DNA of 64,000 bases, from assembly GCA_051294905.1 (NCBI GenBank), contig CM119373.1, forward strand, positions 28,892,001 to 28,956,000, in the 5' to 3' direction. Position 1 is the first letter of the stretch; every line of letters begins with the position of its first letter. Shown here piece by piece: positions 1 through 13,149 of this stretch. Under the pieces are notes generated by a model, which was not told where the DNA came from, ran no database searches, and was given only the letters and a program-made list of their open reading frames with translations. The stretch comes from Botryllus schlosseri. Taxonomy: Eukaryota. The translations under genes were made by a program, and so were the position numbers.

Positions 1-1668
1 GTCTCAAACTAAAATGTGCTCGCGGGCCAATTTCGTACTTTTTGGTGGCGCCGCGGGTCGCAGCACCAATAATAGGGGAATTCAATGTATTTCCAAGTAG
101 GCCTTATTTGACGGAGCCTTGCAGACTGACGGTTCACACTCATCGTGAAAATGTGTTTTACTATCGTGAATTCATGCCTGGCACGAGAACAAATCACATT
201 TTTTAATATTTGAATTAAATTTTTGCCGTACTTGGCATAGTTTGTCAGAACAATTATAGTTGTTGACAGACACCATGCGAAAGTACACATAAAAGCGGTC
301 GCATTATAATTCGCAGCTAGCGGACATTTGAAGTGCCACAATTATAGGTAGAATTTAGGAATTTTACAAAGATTGATATGATATCATAGCGTTGGAGGAG
401 TACTGCCTTATCCGGGTTTCGGGTATGGGCCTACTGCTAATAACTAGACTGTATTGATTATGTCATTGCCAAAGTCAGATAAAATCAACGGTAGATTTAC
501 CTTCGAATATTGGAACAGATCAATAACAACTTGAACATAATGAATACTGTGCCATAGCAATAGAAATTAGCCATCGCCGAATAATCCATTGGTGTTACAG
601 CTGCGAAGCGTAGGCTACGACTAATTAATAATCGCCACATTTAATTGGCGATAATAACATAGGCCTACATAAAGATACCCAAGATGACACCAAGGATGTA
701 TAGCCAATCATACATCAAACGGCAACATAACGCCCATGGCGGTTCGCATATTGATCTGCTTAGATATACAAATAAGCAGGGTTACCATATTTTGGAAATC
801 TTAAAAGAGGACACTTTTGCAGAATTTTCTAACTTGCAAAACCGCAGGAGAATTCTCAACAAATGGTAAATTTTACCCACTCTGTGGTCGGTTGACTAAA
901 AAAAATAGTCATCTGTCTCGCTCGGTGCCCAAAACACAGGTTTTCCACTCACATTGTCGGGTGTTTGACTAAAAAAAAAGTCGACTCTCGTCTCATCTCC
1001 TGAAATACCCGCCATAGCGTCACTTTGGTGCTGATTTACGTCATCTCAGTCGGATTTTGCTATATATATCACCAAAATTCTCAAAAAATAGAACAAAATC
1101 TCAAAAAAGAGGACAAAAGGGCGTCCTCCGAGGACACTTTCCAAAAAGTTAAAAAAAAAAGAGGACAAATCCTATTAAAAGAGGACGTATGGTAACCCTG
1201 CAAATAAACTACTCAACTCCAGCTACGACCTTCTGATATTTCACTATTTCTCATACCAGTTTGATAGTTTGTTGCGTCCGTGATTGTGCCAAGTCGCGGC
1301 ATTCCGAGTCACAAAAGCACTTCTCTGATTGTAACGTTTGACTCGACGAGTACGAGTATGCGTAATTCTACAAAAGGTCGCGTCCAAGTCCAAATCACAA
1401 TTTTCAGTCACACATCATCAACGGGTCATGTTGTACCATCAAAAACAAGTAATGTCACGTATAGTTGATATGCCACTGCGTGGTAGCTTTTTAAAGCGAT
1501 GTAATAGTGAAGTTCGATGAGTCAGGATCTTGAAGTACTTTTAGAGCGAATTTCAAGTTCTCAAATTTAAAATAAATGGTAGGTAAATATTGTCGAAGAC
1601 TTCGTAATCTAAATTGCCGTCGCGAGCCGCACAAAATGGTCTCGCGGGCCGCGTGTTTGAGACCTCTG
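1..1668. mobile_element. Non-autonomous hAT (Buster/Charlie-like) element, left end cut by the window edge
   Basis: The window opens with gtctcaaact...ctcgcgggcc. The matching right end, ctcgcgggccgcgtgtttgagacctctg, ends at 1668. Left TSD not visible. Confidence 0.5.
777..1200. mobile_element. hAT MITE, CAGGGT(T/G)ACCATA-TIR (Blackjack-like) family
   Basis: TIRs cagggttaccata / tatggtaaccctg; flanks caaataag / caaataaa (7/8 TSD); internal GAGGACA motifs. Relatives at 21957 and 51624. Confidence 0.8.
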
Positions 1669-3129
1669 CGTTAAATAGTATACATCTACCGCTAGATCCG
1701 AAATAGGGATTAACGCTAATGTTAGTGAATACAGCATATAGTTGCCATATGGCACTAATGCAGAGATATCGGTGTAACAAAGTGCTAATAAATTTACTCG
1801 ATCTGCATTGACTGACGGATCATTTGCCTAATGGAATTTAACTTGCATTGCAATCTTCAGTTGCTGAGAACTAATGAGGATATACAAAAGACATATGGTA
1901 GAATGCTCTGCATGCAGGCGAGGAAATGGGGCTGTTGAGAGCGAGGTCGGAAATATACCGAAACCCATTATTAATATTAACCAGCAACTAAACAAAGGAC
2001 CATTTCCTTCCAACCGGTTGGCAAAGTAATATTCACACCACGAAATCACCACCATTTTAGTCTCTAAAAAGGCGTGAATACATATAGTACACGTTTTGGG
2101 CCCGAACACGACCTTACTCAGCTCATCAGGAAAGGATGACCGTTCCCACGCAAGTAAACTGACAGTTTCAGTGTTTCCGTCACTGGCAATCGACACGCTG
2201 TTGTCCCAAGAGAAAACAATAAGCGTATACCCGCAATGTTATAATTCCATTTGATTCGCGTCGAACCACCTGATTCGCTATTTCGAATAATAGTCTCCAT
2301 TCTGGAGGTCTGATCCGGATCGAAGGTTAAGATTTCGCATCCTAATGACTCGCATCGCTTCCGAGTTCCGGAACGCATTTATAAAAGATAATTTGTTCAA
2401 TTTCGATAACATTTCGCTTGGATTGGTTCGAACGATACATTATGCCCCTATTCAGAGGTGACGAAAAGCAGAAAGCGTGGAAATTCATGCAGCCGAAATG
2501 ACAGCGTAAATTACTACTCAGATAAAAGTAGATTATGAATATCTGAGGAATACTCAGTAAAGTATGCTTACAACAAATTATCTAAGATGGCTACTTCCGA
2601 AATGAGAAGACGCATCTTCGCGACGGATACAAAAATTATTTATGACGCTGCAGATACGTGTGATTTACGAAGATATATTCCGTAACGATGGTACAGGGAC
2701 TACTTCGTATTGGTTGTATAATGTTTTCAATCATGGCAGTGCTGCGAACGTATTCTCAGACTATTATGTACATCACAAATTCCAGATTGTAATTTTTAAG
2801 TGGTTTTGCCTAAGAAAGTGTTCCAGTAATAGTGGCAAGCACTGTAGCCTAAAAACATTCAGTAATAAGTGCAAGTAGACAAATCCTACTTCGATACTAC
2901 TCGAAAGTCACAATGCTCCTTTGCTGACAATACCCACCCCTAATGCCCCCAGCGACCGTGATTACAGCTTTATCGTGATCCATTTCTATCAGCCTGCTAA
3001 TCATAAATTTATCGCCGTTATTACAACGTCGGGCGATAGTATATCTACTTACTCAGTGCCATTGTATTTTCGCCCTTACCCGGCTGCATCTAATACTCTG
3101 GATAGTGTTACATGGTCACTGTTGGTTTG

Positions 3130-3760
3130 ATCCTTTCCGATTGCTGTCGGGAATGCACCTGCTGCATACGCTACAATGCACGCGCTTAAATATCTCTCGC
3201 ATAGCGTGACGAGGCGCGGGATTTTGCGTAAAACTACAAAACGAGATTGCTACGTTTCGATTCCGCTATAACGAAAGAGAGGAACTCTCTCTCTTTTTTC
3301 TGATTTGCGAGAGGTGATCAATTCTTTCTTCATGACACAAAATATTTTCGGTCTGTTACGTAGCAAACGTAACGACGTGACGTGACCTTGGTGACAATCA
3401 GATCCCGTCATTCGCTCGGTGATTAAAGGAGAATTTATCGCGTCTCCTTGGCGACTCAAATCACAAAATGCAGTAGCCTACTTCACGTCCGACGTAACGA
3501 AACCAAACTATGCTTCGTTCGTGACGAATATCAGTAAGCGCGATATAATTATGCGCTGCAAGCTAGTAATTACACCGTTGGATGAATCAAGAGCAAAGCC
3601 GAGCAGAACCTATCTGCGATTCGCCTTTGCAAAAATGGCAATCGACTTATGCCCAAGTAAAATTATAGGCATGCCATGCTTTGACGAATCCCGCGCAGGT
3701 CGCAGCACATATTGGTGTGTAGGCTAATGTTTTGATAGAAAGGCCGCATTGCATGAAACT
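3130..3760 (-). pseudogene. Degenerate ORF remnant of an unidentified family, paralogous to 14954-15712
   Basis: Minus-strand peptides KANRR*VLLGFALDSSNG, LTDIRHERSIVWFRY, FCVMKKELITSRKSE, FRYSGIET*...LRKIPRLVTLCERYL align in order with the 15-kb copy. Stops and frameshifts present. Confidence 0.55.
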
Positions 3761-4723
3761 ATTATTCTGTCTTGGAGAAGCTGAGCATAATCTGTAAAAA
3801 TAACAGGCAATAGACAGTATGCGACGTGGTCAATGAGTGGTGTCTGCCATTGAGACAAAAGTAACACGCAATTTATCCGGACTGCAAAGACCAATATCAA
3901 AAACATAAATTCAGCCCGAATCCAAAACTTATTTATATTTAGAAACCCTAATCAAAATCCAACCTCAATCCAGATATGGAAGCCCTGACATCGTTGTCAT
4001 GGCAACGTTACCGCTTAACTGCGTAATTTTCAATACTGCATGAATGTATCACTCTTGCATCACGCAATCGCTTGCAAATATCACATTAAGTCAATACAAA
4101 CAAGCAGGAAGGAGAAATGACTTCGTGACTAAACGCATGTTGATCCTCGTTTTCATAGCGACGTTATGAAAGTGATCAATGTGTCTTTGCCCGCGGGTCA
4201 CAAATTGAAACTGCACTCTCACAGGCGGTGCTTCTTTCAAATCAGTGTTATAATCGTAGTAATGAAACCGAAGTTGGTATGCATTATACACGTCAGGGAC
4301 GGGCAACATACGGCCCGCGGGACGGATACGGCACACGACGTGATCTTGAGCGTCCCGCGGACAGTTTTTGGTCTTAAATGATAATACGGCCCGCGGTCAC
4401 AGTCATCCAAAATTCTCCATTACTTGCTTACTACGTCAAATTATAGTAACTTTAGGATATTATTTATTTTTTCGGGCACTTATATTAGTTCTTTGCCTTC
4501 TTTGTGTCAAACATGCAGCCAGAGTTCAAAGAATCTGAATACAACTTTGATCCACCACCGATGTCTCATCGATCTGAAACAAGAGGTTTGCAATTATAAT
4601 GAGTTCGCACAGTAGGGTATTATATTTTAGTCGAATATTCCAATGATGTGAGTCCTGACGTTCTAACAATTATGAAGCGTAATTGTCTCATGCTTTCCCT
4701 CATTTAAAAAAAATACAAATACG

Positions 4724-4900
4724 TAGGGATAGTGTGAACGTTAGGTTTACGTTCTCCTTCTGTGTGTGAACCTCAGAAATCTAGAGGTTCACGTTCACAA
4801 ACGAACCTTGGTGTGAACCTTTTTCATATATTACAATTTTCACTTCTTTATAACATCTTTGATTGAAATTTATTTTATCTCGACTGCGGGCCACTATATG
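4724..4900. mobile_element. Left-arm fragment of the TAGGGATG-TIR (GTGAACCT-repeat) MITE family
   Basis: Near-identical to the start of the copy at 6931 (gtgtgaacctcagaaatctagaggttcacg). Confidence 0.7.
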
Positions 4901-5004
4901 CGCACGGCCTGGGGAAACCGCCAAAAATTACATTTTTCCCGGCACATTGCAAGAAAATTACTAAAGGACGAAATAATTTCCCCCAAAAAAAAGCGAAACA
5001 GCAA

Positions 5005-5278
5005 GTGGCGAGATAGCGCAGTGGTATAATCCGCGGCTGCAAGACCAATGGGTGCGGCTTCGAGTGCGACCGAGGTCGACTTCCGACTTCCGATACCTAA
5101 GTGTTGGTGGCTCCTCCTCGCCACGTCATCCGCGTCAGAGGTGTCTTACAAAAGCCTAGAGGTGGGCCGTGCTATAAGTCGGCAGTTACGGAAAAATAAC
5201 AAGAATTGGTGCCTGGTGTAAATGACCATAGTAGTCGACAAACACCGTGAATACCCCAAAAACAAACAAACAAACACA
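5005..5278 (+). mobile_element. tRNA-derived SINE
   Basis: Head gtggcgagatagcgcagtgg with an A box, a degenerate B box, a body shared with five other copies, and a (CAAA)n tail. Confidence 0.8.
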
Positions 5279-6930
5279 CCTCAATCCCTTAAGTATGAAA
5301 ACTTGATCCAGGACATTGCAGAAAAACTCACTCTCGGCGACTTTACCAAAATCAATAGCCTGAAAAGGTGACCATTCAAAATGTAATTTTCGGCGGTCTC
5401 GCCTATGGGCGCTGGTGAAGTGAGAAACTATTCCAAATTTAAACGACACAGTAAATAAAGCGATCTATTTGTTCCGGCATGGTCGTGCTGGACATGGACA
5501 GTTGAGCTTCTTGCTTGCAAGCCATTTTGTCATAGATAACAATGAGATGCAGGTAGCCCATCATATAGCACTTTAAGAATAGAACCATACTAGAAACAGT
5601 TTATAGCATGTTGTTAAATCACTCCTCAACATTTCAACGCAATTTCTGATGAAAGTTGCAGTATGGCATGGAAAAAAGAGAAAAGCCTGAAAAATCTTAG
5701 TTCATAAATTCTGAGTATATAAAACTGGCCCTGGTGATCATTATCAATTGAAGGAAGTCTTCGAAAACTCAGACTGTTATTCGGCTTCTTTACGATATTG
5801 CTTCATTGGTTTTAAAATCCTATAATTATATTGACCATATAACTATCATGTGATTATTCAATTACATGCAACACGGTATTTTCATATCCCTACGAATTAG
5901 AGTCGATCAATTTGTGAAACCAAATCTCCAGGACTACCTGCTGGCAATAAGTATTATTTTTACTCATGCAGAAAGTAGATACGTATGATGTTCAATGAAT
6001 GCATTGAGCCAGAATACTTTTTACATATCGACTTCGATGCGCCTGAACGTATTTTTATTATCACCGATGCAGCAGTTCTGTTCTCGTGGAACATTAGAGG
6101 TTACCCCAACGATTCCCGGGTGCTCCCTGGCGGTCAAGACACACACTCAACTGGTACATATGATTTGTGATGATTGGGCAAGTTTTTGAAACTTTAGCAA
6201 CTTTGTTTACAGCTTCTGGCAGCTTCATAAATACTCTTAAGTTGTGTAGTATGGTATTTGAGCAGTTTGAAGGATTCTTGTATTGCTACTTTTTAAAATT
6301 TGTTTTCAATTTCTGGATTTTTCATGAAACTTTTTGCAACTTTTTTCCATTTGTGATGCAAATTTGTAAGTTTTTTTCGATTCTTTATGCAACTAACTTT
6401 TTCCGAAGTATTTGGCACTGTATGCAAATAGATCGCTTGATTATTTCACTGTAGTTTTAATTTGAGATCCTTCCTGCTTTGTCGTACATTCGTTATAGAT
6501 CGCCGAAAATTATATTTTCACTCGGTCACTGAAGTCGCTAACACTGAGTTTTGCTATTGTGCCTTGGATATACGGATCGATTCGAGTATCTCATACCCTG
6601 ATAATTTCAAGTAACTTGTCCATAAATGCACCTTTTTGGTACAACTCTTGTGAAAAATAAATGCAACTTTCCACGGATTTCACTACAAAAAGAACTCTCC
6701 CTATAGTGATGATACGCTCGTATGAGTCATCATAGGTTGCAGGTAACCATGCCGGGTCAGTACGGTTGAATCGCAACTGCTGTGGTAGTATACGTCGTGT
6801 GCATTGGCTTTCTGAAACACCAATTCGTTCTCGAATATTTATATAAGGCAAGGAAGATATGTATTTTCGTCCTTGATGTCTTTGCGACATACACCAACTC
6901 ATGATATACATACAGACGATCTGTGCATAG

Positions 6931-7880
6931 TAGGGATGGTGTGAACGTTAGGTTTACGTTCGCGTTCTGTGTGTGAACCTCAGAAATCTAGAGGTTCACG
7001 TTCACAAACGAACCTTGGTGTGAACCTTTTTCAGATATCACAATTTTTACTACATTATAACATCTTAGGTTGAAATTTATTGCATTTCAACGGCGGGCCT
7101 CTCTATGCATGGCGCTGGTAGCATAAAAAAAATCAACACTAAACGAGCATGCACCTTGACCATCTCACAAATTATACTTGCTTTGTTAAAAAAGTTTGCG
7201 CGAAATATCCAGCTTTCCATTTGCGAATATTTAGTGACTCTCGGCTGTGAGCTTGACTCGCAACCCTACAACATCATAGGGCAGGTAGTCAGTCAGCGAA
7301 TGATGCTTATTCAACCAATCAATGAAATTGATATCGATTTGTGATGTAAAAACATCTAGCAGGCGTTAAGGGTCAATCATGATTTCATATGTTTATTGTT
7401 TCATGAGAACCAAATCCGCGCGATTCGGGTATTGGCTACTGATGCATAACTTGTTAATGCTATATTATCGGTAGCAAGTATAGAAACCAGTTTTACATTC
7501 TTCTCAATATCGACGTCGCAATACCCAGACGCCGAATACAGTGTGCGGTCTGGCCTAGACCGTTAAGGCGTAAGATTATATTCAATTACAAGTCCAAATT
7601 GTTGGCAAAACGACGGGAGATATTGATTTTCTGGGAATGTCATATCAATTGATTGCCCCAGTTGATACATCTGTAGACGTTTAAAACGTCAATATGTACT
7701 TCAGCATTGTGGCCTGAGTCGTCACTGGGTATAGCAAGGCTATCACTGCATTGAAATGTAGAGTAGGAATTAGCAATATGACGTCACGTGACGTCACGAA
7801 GTTCACGTTCGCGTTCACACAGAACCTTTCAAAAAGGTTCGCGTTCACACGAACCTGAACCTTTCGCAGGTTCCTAGACT
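6931..7880. mobile_element. TAGGGATG-TIR MITE (~1 kb); right terminus degenerate
   Basis: Starts tagggatggtgtgaacg. The whole body is homologous to 61262-62241 and, in reverse, to 56233-57942. Confidence 0.75.
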
Positions 7881-8492
7881 GCATATGCATACCATGAGTG
7901 CATGATTGCATATGCCGCTGAAAAAAGGAAGGTGCAGATCTAGCCTTGTAAGGGTTTCTAAGTCTTGCACCACCCCTCCATGCTATCCTGGTTTGTAATT
8001 AGGCAATTGGTATCACGTTGTTGCGTTCGACCGAACAATACGATAACACTTTCCAAGAGAGAGAGATTCACTATTCTAATGCTAGTGAAATAAATAACAA
8101 GCAATAATGACGATACCGACAAAAACGCATACACATGTTCCGTATCGGATATAAATGAGCGATACGATGTGCGAAACAAATACAGTGTCTTCACATGGTC
8201 AGATTATAAAAATATATCAATTAAAAAAACTAGTATTAGCAAAGATATTACATTGGAAGCGCTGTCTGTCTGCCAAGTATGACAACAGTGTCAATATGAA
8301 AAAAAAATAGACAGTGAAGTATAAGTATTTTTAAAATCGGTCGCACGGCAGATCATAGATATGTTGCTGCAGTGCATAACAAATGATTGGTCGTAAGAAT
8401 AGTCAATAGATATCCTATTAGTCAAGTTACTAGCAGGTAGGGTAGAGGTACGGAGATATTTTTCTCTTTGAGGATATTGTGTTGGTATAGAG

Positions 8493-10143
8493 CAGGGGTC
8501 GCCAACTCAAAATGGGTCGCGGGCCACTTTTCAAAATTTCTAGAGGCCGCGGGCCGCATGACTTCAATATCGAGATTAACATAGCCAACACAGCTTAACA
8601 AGCTACGTATGATAACTAAACGTAAGTACAATGCTGTGCTTTCTTACATTGGCGATGGGCACAGTCAAAACAAAATGAATAATATTTTATTGAACAAACA
8701 CAAATACAACAAAAAATATCATGCTCGTCAATTTCATTATGTTTTGAACTATGAGCTGCGCACGATACCTGACAACACACTGTAGCATCTAAAACAGGGG
8801 TGGGGATCCGTTTTGTTATTCACGGCCGCATTTCGATTACTCATGCATGTAGCCCGCGGCTGCTTTATGGTGCATAGTGGCAATAAACAAACTGGGGCCA
8901 AATATCCACGTCAAACTCACCATGTCCATTGCTGGTATACAATCCAGACTAATCTATTTCCGCATATCGGCTTATTATGGGCACCGAGATCGTGAATATA
9001 GTCATGTTGTGAAGAGCGACGGGGATTCGTACTGTTGTCGCGCAATGCGCGAAAATTTTTTCATTTTCATGAGTCAATTTCATCATTTAATATTAGCATA
9101 GTTTCACTTATTACTATCAAATATTCATCCTTTCTCGGCACATGTGATCATAGATTCACCGGTAGAGTTTATGCAGGGGGTGTCTTCAAAAACATAAAAG
9201 GAGTTATTAATGCTGTGGTGCGTCTTTCGGTAGGCCAATTCTCATTAGTCCCCTATGCTGCATGCAGTTATTTCTTGACCTCCCATTAGAATTGTCGTTA
9301 TAAGGGAAATATATTAGATTCGCCCAAATGCAGGCCTCCCAGAAATAAAATAATTGGAGATGAGGACAACACGATTAAAAATTGGTATTCCTTTATGGGG
9401 TGCATCATTTTTCTCTACTGTTCGCATCTGTACTGTGGGACTCAGATTACAAAGGACGCTGCTGTATTTAAATCCAAAATCAACTCGCATTGAAGCGCGC
9501 ATAGCGCGAAGAAAATTCCAAGAATAATTCAAACCTCACATTAATTAGGGAGTCAATTCGTAAATTCAATTTGCATAATATTGAAAGCAACCAACACATC
9601 CTAATTGAATTGAGTGTCGACGACCGCATAATTTTTCTTCTACTGTCGCAGATTGCCGCCCCACGGTTGGAGAATAGATATTCGGGTTAGTTATAGACAC
9701 GGTACGACGATAGCCTATTTGCAGGAAAACTATATCCTCGTAAAGCATGGTCTATTGGAGAGACCGAAGTCGTTTATCAAGCCTCCCGTCCGACGCACCT
9801 GGCCTCACAGGCGAAAAGCGTCACTCAACTTTTCATCAATAATAATAATAATAATCAAGCCTCCCAGTCTTGGCAGTGGTGGGCCATTGCACGCCAAGGC
9901 AATAAGCCCATTCATATCAGCAAATTATTCCTCCATGTAATGATATTACCATGCCGAACCGAAGGAACAGTGACATTGGGCACAGTAGAATGGCTTACTT
10001 TGAACAACAACAACAATATGTTTAAACTGTAATCAATTTCGGCATTTCGAAATGGCTTACTGACCGTTCTTCCAAAATTTCCCCAAATCAGGCCGCGGGC
10101 CGCAAAATATGACCTCGCGGGCCGCGTGCGTTGGTGACCCCTG
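8493..10143. mobile_element. Non-autonomous hAT (Buster/Charlie-like) element
   Basis: TIRs caggggtcgccaac / gttggtgacccctg; perfect 8-bp TSD gtatagag (8485-8492, 10144-10151); GCGGGCCGC subterminal motifs. Confidence 0.9.
9788..9853 (+). mobile_element. Extremely 5'-truncated LINE (3' UTR plus (TAA)n tail only)
   Basis: 66 bp between 12-bp direct repeats atcaagcctccc (9776-9787, 9854-9865). Resembles the 3' UTR of the LINE at 34187-34753. Confidence 0.7.
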
Positions 10144-10842
10144 GTATAGAGTGAACATCTTTAGCTGAAAAAGTCATTTAACACAGTCGCGGTAATAATT
10201 ATGATGAAATATACAACATAATTGACTCATTGCGAGACCCAACGGTGCTATATTTATGTATAAACAAAGCTAAATCGATTGGATACACATAATGTATGTC
10301 ACTAAAATGGACATTCAAAATGCCTGTGGTATCGGATGCCCGAAGGCGCTACTACGGACTTGGTAGATTGCCGGCTTTACGAAGATCATATTTTTCTGCG
10401 CCGAATACGCGATCGGGAGAGCATTCCCTGGTTTGCTTTGGTAGCACGCACCACTACAACAATAGCACGCGTGCACAATGGCAAGAATCATCAAAACGAA
10501 ATTTATCCCAGTCAGGGTACCGTGAATCGCGTGCAAAGTGGAGGAAAAGGCGAAAGGGTCGAGCACAGAGGACCAGACAACAGCATTGGCACTGGGTACG
10601 TTGGGGACAGTCAGCGAGGCGATGGCGCAAATGATACTGAAGAGCATGTTGGAGATGTGGAAACATCTAATTGGTCGGCAACGCACCCCAATTCCCAAGC
10701 TTCCGGCGATAACGACAACACACCCTCACCAGAGTCCTTGCGAGTTTAGCGAGACAGCCGAAATATCTGCACCCGAGATTGTGAAGTAGAGCGAGTCCGG
10801 TATCATTGTCATTGTGACAATCGCAAGGATAATAGATATCGA

Positions 10843-12525
10843 CAGGGTTGTAATGACTCGAGTCATGACTCGACTCGAGTCAGACTCGAGTCACGAATTT
10901 TTGGTGACTCGACTTGACTCGAGTCATTTTCTTGAAAATGGAAATTGACTCGACTCGAATCGAGTCAATATTTGGATTGACTCGACTTGTACTCGAGTCA
11001 TTACGCATGACTCGACCCAAGTCATTGACTCGGCACATTTTATATGACTTGAAGATGAAGAAATTTGCGAATCGTACTAGCTAGATCAACGCATATGACG
11101 AATTCTGCCAATATCGCTATTTGACGCCACTGCTTTCGTTGCACTCGTCTGATATCAGATATGCCGCCGTAAAATAAACAGACAATGGCACATATAGGAG
11201 CAAAGCATTGTACAAAATTATCCTGTGATGAAGAGGTAATAGATCCTCCGCAATAAGAGTACTAGATACTTTTCAATTATACAAGCGAGCAATCGAAGCA
11301 AAGTTCAATTAGAGGCAATGAAATGACTCAGATGGTCAAGTACTTGGAAGAGACTGATAAGCTCATGTGTAGATTTGAAGGCGATGATTCTTTGCATTAT
11401 TGGGCGACCAGAAATAATGAGTATCCAGTGCTCTTCAATGTGGTTCAAAAAGGCTTGTCAATTCCTGTATCTAGTGCACCAGCGGAACGTGTTTCAGTAG
11501 ATGTGGATTTATTCTAAGGTCATGCCGCTATAACATATATGAGGATCTCCTTTCCACTTTAGTATTTTTGAATTGTATCTCATCATTGATTTGATCTGCT
11601 GTCAGTGAAAACACACAATACACTCCATCCATTTGACGTTTTGTTAGGTATGTGCATTGTGCACGTGAGTAATACTGAATGGCTAATGTGGTGTGATTTT
11701 TGTACAATAGGGTTGTTCAAAAATAACTTCCTATTTATTTTACTGGGTGGCTACTTGGTAAAATTGTTATGTTGCATAAAAAAAAAACACTGAATCTGGC
11801 TTAATTTTAAAAAGTAGAATCAATGATATGAAAGGAGAAAATTCTATATTTGAAAATAAAGGGAGTGTTTTTGGTGAGAAATTATTTCATATAATATAAT
11901 TAAATGCTAGTAGTAAGCCGACTATTTTTTCATATCCAAAATATTCCACTCTAATAAATTCGCTTTTTCTAGTTGGAATTGAGCCAAATTTGCTATGAAT
12001 CATATTTTTACACAATATAACAATATCAAGAGGGGGCCGATAAAATTCGAAAATCTCTATTTGTAGTTAATCCAAAATTTCCTCTCATATTAGTAACGCT
12101 CCGGCGGCTATTTCGGGGGCTGAGCAGGAAAGCTGCCCTTTTTTGAGTCAACGACCTGACAATGTGAAAGAAAAACTGTACGTCTACATAAACATGCATC
12201 TGTTGATTCTCTATCAGCTGGTATCTAGACGTGAATTCGTTGGTTCTATATCAGATAGCATGTAGATGTAGAATGAATTCGTTGATTCTCTATAAGCTAT
12301 AAGCTAATTCAGGATTGAAAACATTAGTTGAACATGACTTCAATACTGTGACTTGGACTCGACTCGAGTCATAACACCATGACTCGGACTTGAGCCTTTA
12401 AACAGTGACTTGGACTCGGACTCGACTCGGTGATGAATTGAAAATGACTCGACTTGACTCGAGTCAAAACCACAAAAGTAAGATTGACTCGTGACTCGGA
12501 ACAATGTGACTTGGTTACAACCCTG
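10843..12525. mobile_element. Non-autonomous hAT element, GACTCGAGTC-repeat family
   Basis: TIRs cagggttgtaa / ttacaaccctg; perfect 8-bp TSD gatatcga (10835-10842, 12526-12533). Confidence 0.93.
11323..11517 (+). pseudogene. Remnant of the hAT transposase C-terminal dimerisation domain
   Basis: LHYWATRNNEYPVLFNVVQKGLSIPVSSAPAERV matches the hATC pattern W..YP.L...LSIP.SSA..ER. Confidence 0.8.
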
Positions 12526-13149
12526 GATATCGATCCCAAAACGACCTCCGTAACTCGAATCCCTCGCAGTGCGTTAGAGTTTTGACGCAGTGGGCTTTCT
12601 TCAGCTTGTACAAAGCGTGGCGATACTGGTTGATACAGGTGCGTTGCTAGTTCCGACGAAGATACCATCGACGAATTAATTTGTATGCCCCGAACGGATT
12701 AAGTCCGCGTATAGACCAGTGGTCGGGAACCTTTTTTGTCCGAAGAGCCATGTTGACCTAATTTTTTCCATCTCAACTCCAAAAGAGCCATACATGTCAA
12801 TCAATTGTAACGTCACAATTGAAAATTCGTGACGTCATGATAGCAATAATTGGAACTCACTACATGAGATTCCTCGTGTGCGCCAAATTTTCTCTGTAAA
12901 AACTGATATTTATTTATCGAAAATAAAGCTGGAAGCGAGATGTATGGGGAACAGACGGGCCATGCCTCACGATTGATAACGCAATTCATCATAAGCAATG
13001 CAATTCATCATAAGTAGCTTAGAATTTATTATAACTGTTATTAATCGAATGTGACTGTCACACTGATTCCGAAAATGTAAATACTTATCGACTTCTCAAT
13101 CCTCAAAGTATTCGGCGGTAACATAACGTTGCTCTACACGCCCATATTT

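Larger units (their letters stand above)
10315..12668 (-). pseudogene. CD20/MS4A-like four-TM gene A, split by a hAT insertion and carrying a nonsense codon
   Basis: Removing 10843-12525 plus one TSD leaves 663 nt in frame: MVSSSEL...EVVLGSI|SIILAIV...GLW*GCVVVIAGSLG...HACYCCSG...QAF. TGA at 10728-10726 falls in the conserved IWCG motif. Confidence 0.8.

Noticed and set aside
1828-2378. Minus-strand ORFs here and at 20449-20947 and 22990-23211 as further members of the unknown family
   Set aside because: Only vague beta-strand-like resemblance; no convincing alignment by eye.
5005-5075. tRNA gene calls here and at 19810-19880, 24692-24765 and 38375-38448
   Set aside because: A and B boxes are present but there is no complete cloverleaf, and each continues into a shared SINE body and tail.
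9566-9787. Possible LINE ORF2 remnant upstream of the (TAA)n tail
   Set aside because: The 12-bp TSD places the LINE start at 9788, so the upstream sequence belongs to the host hAT element.
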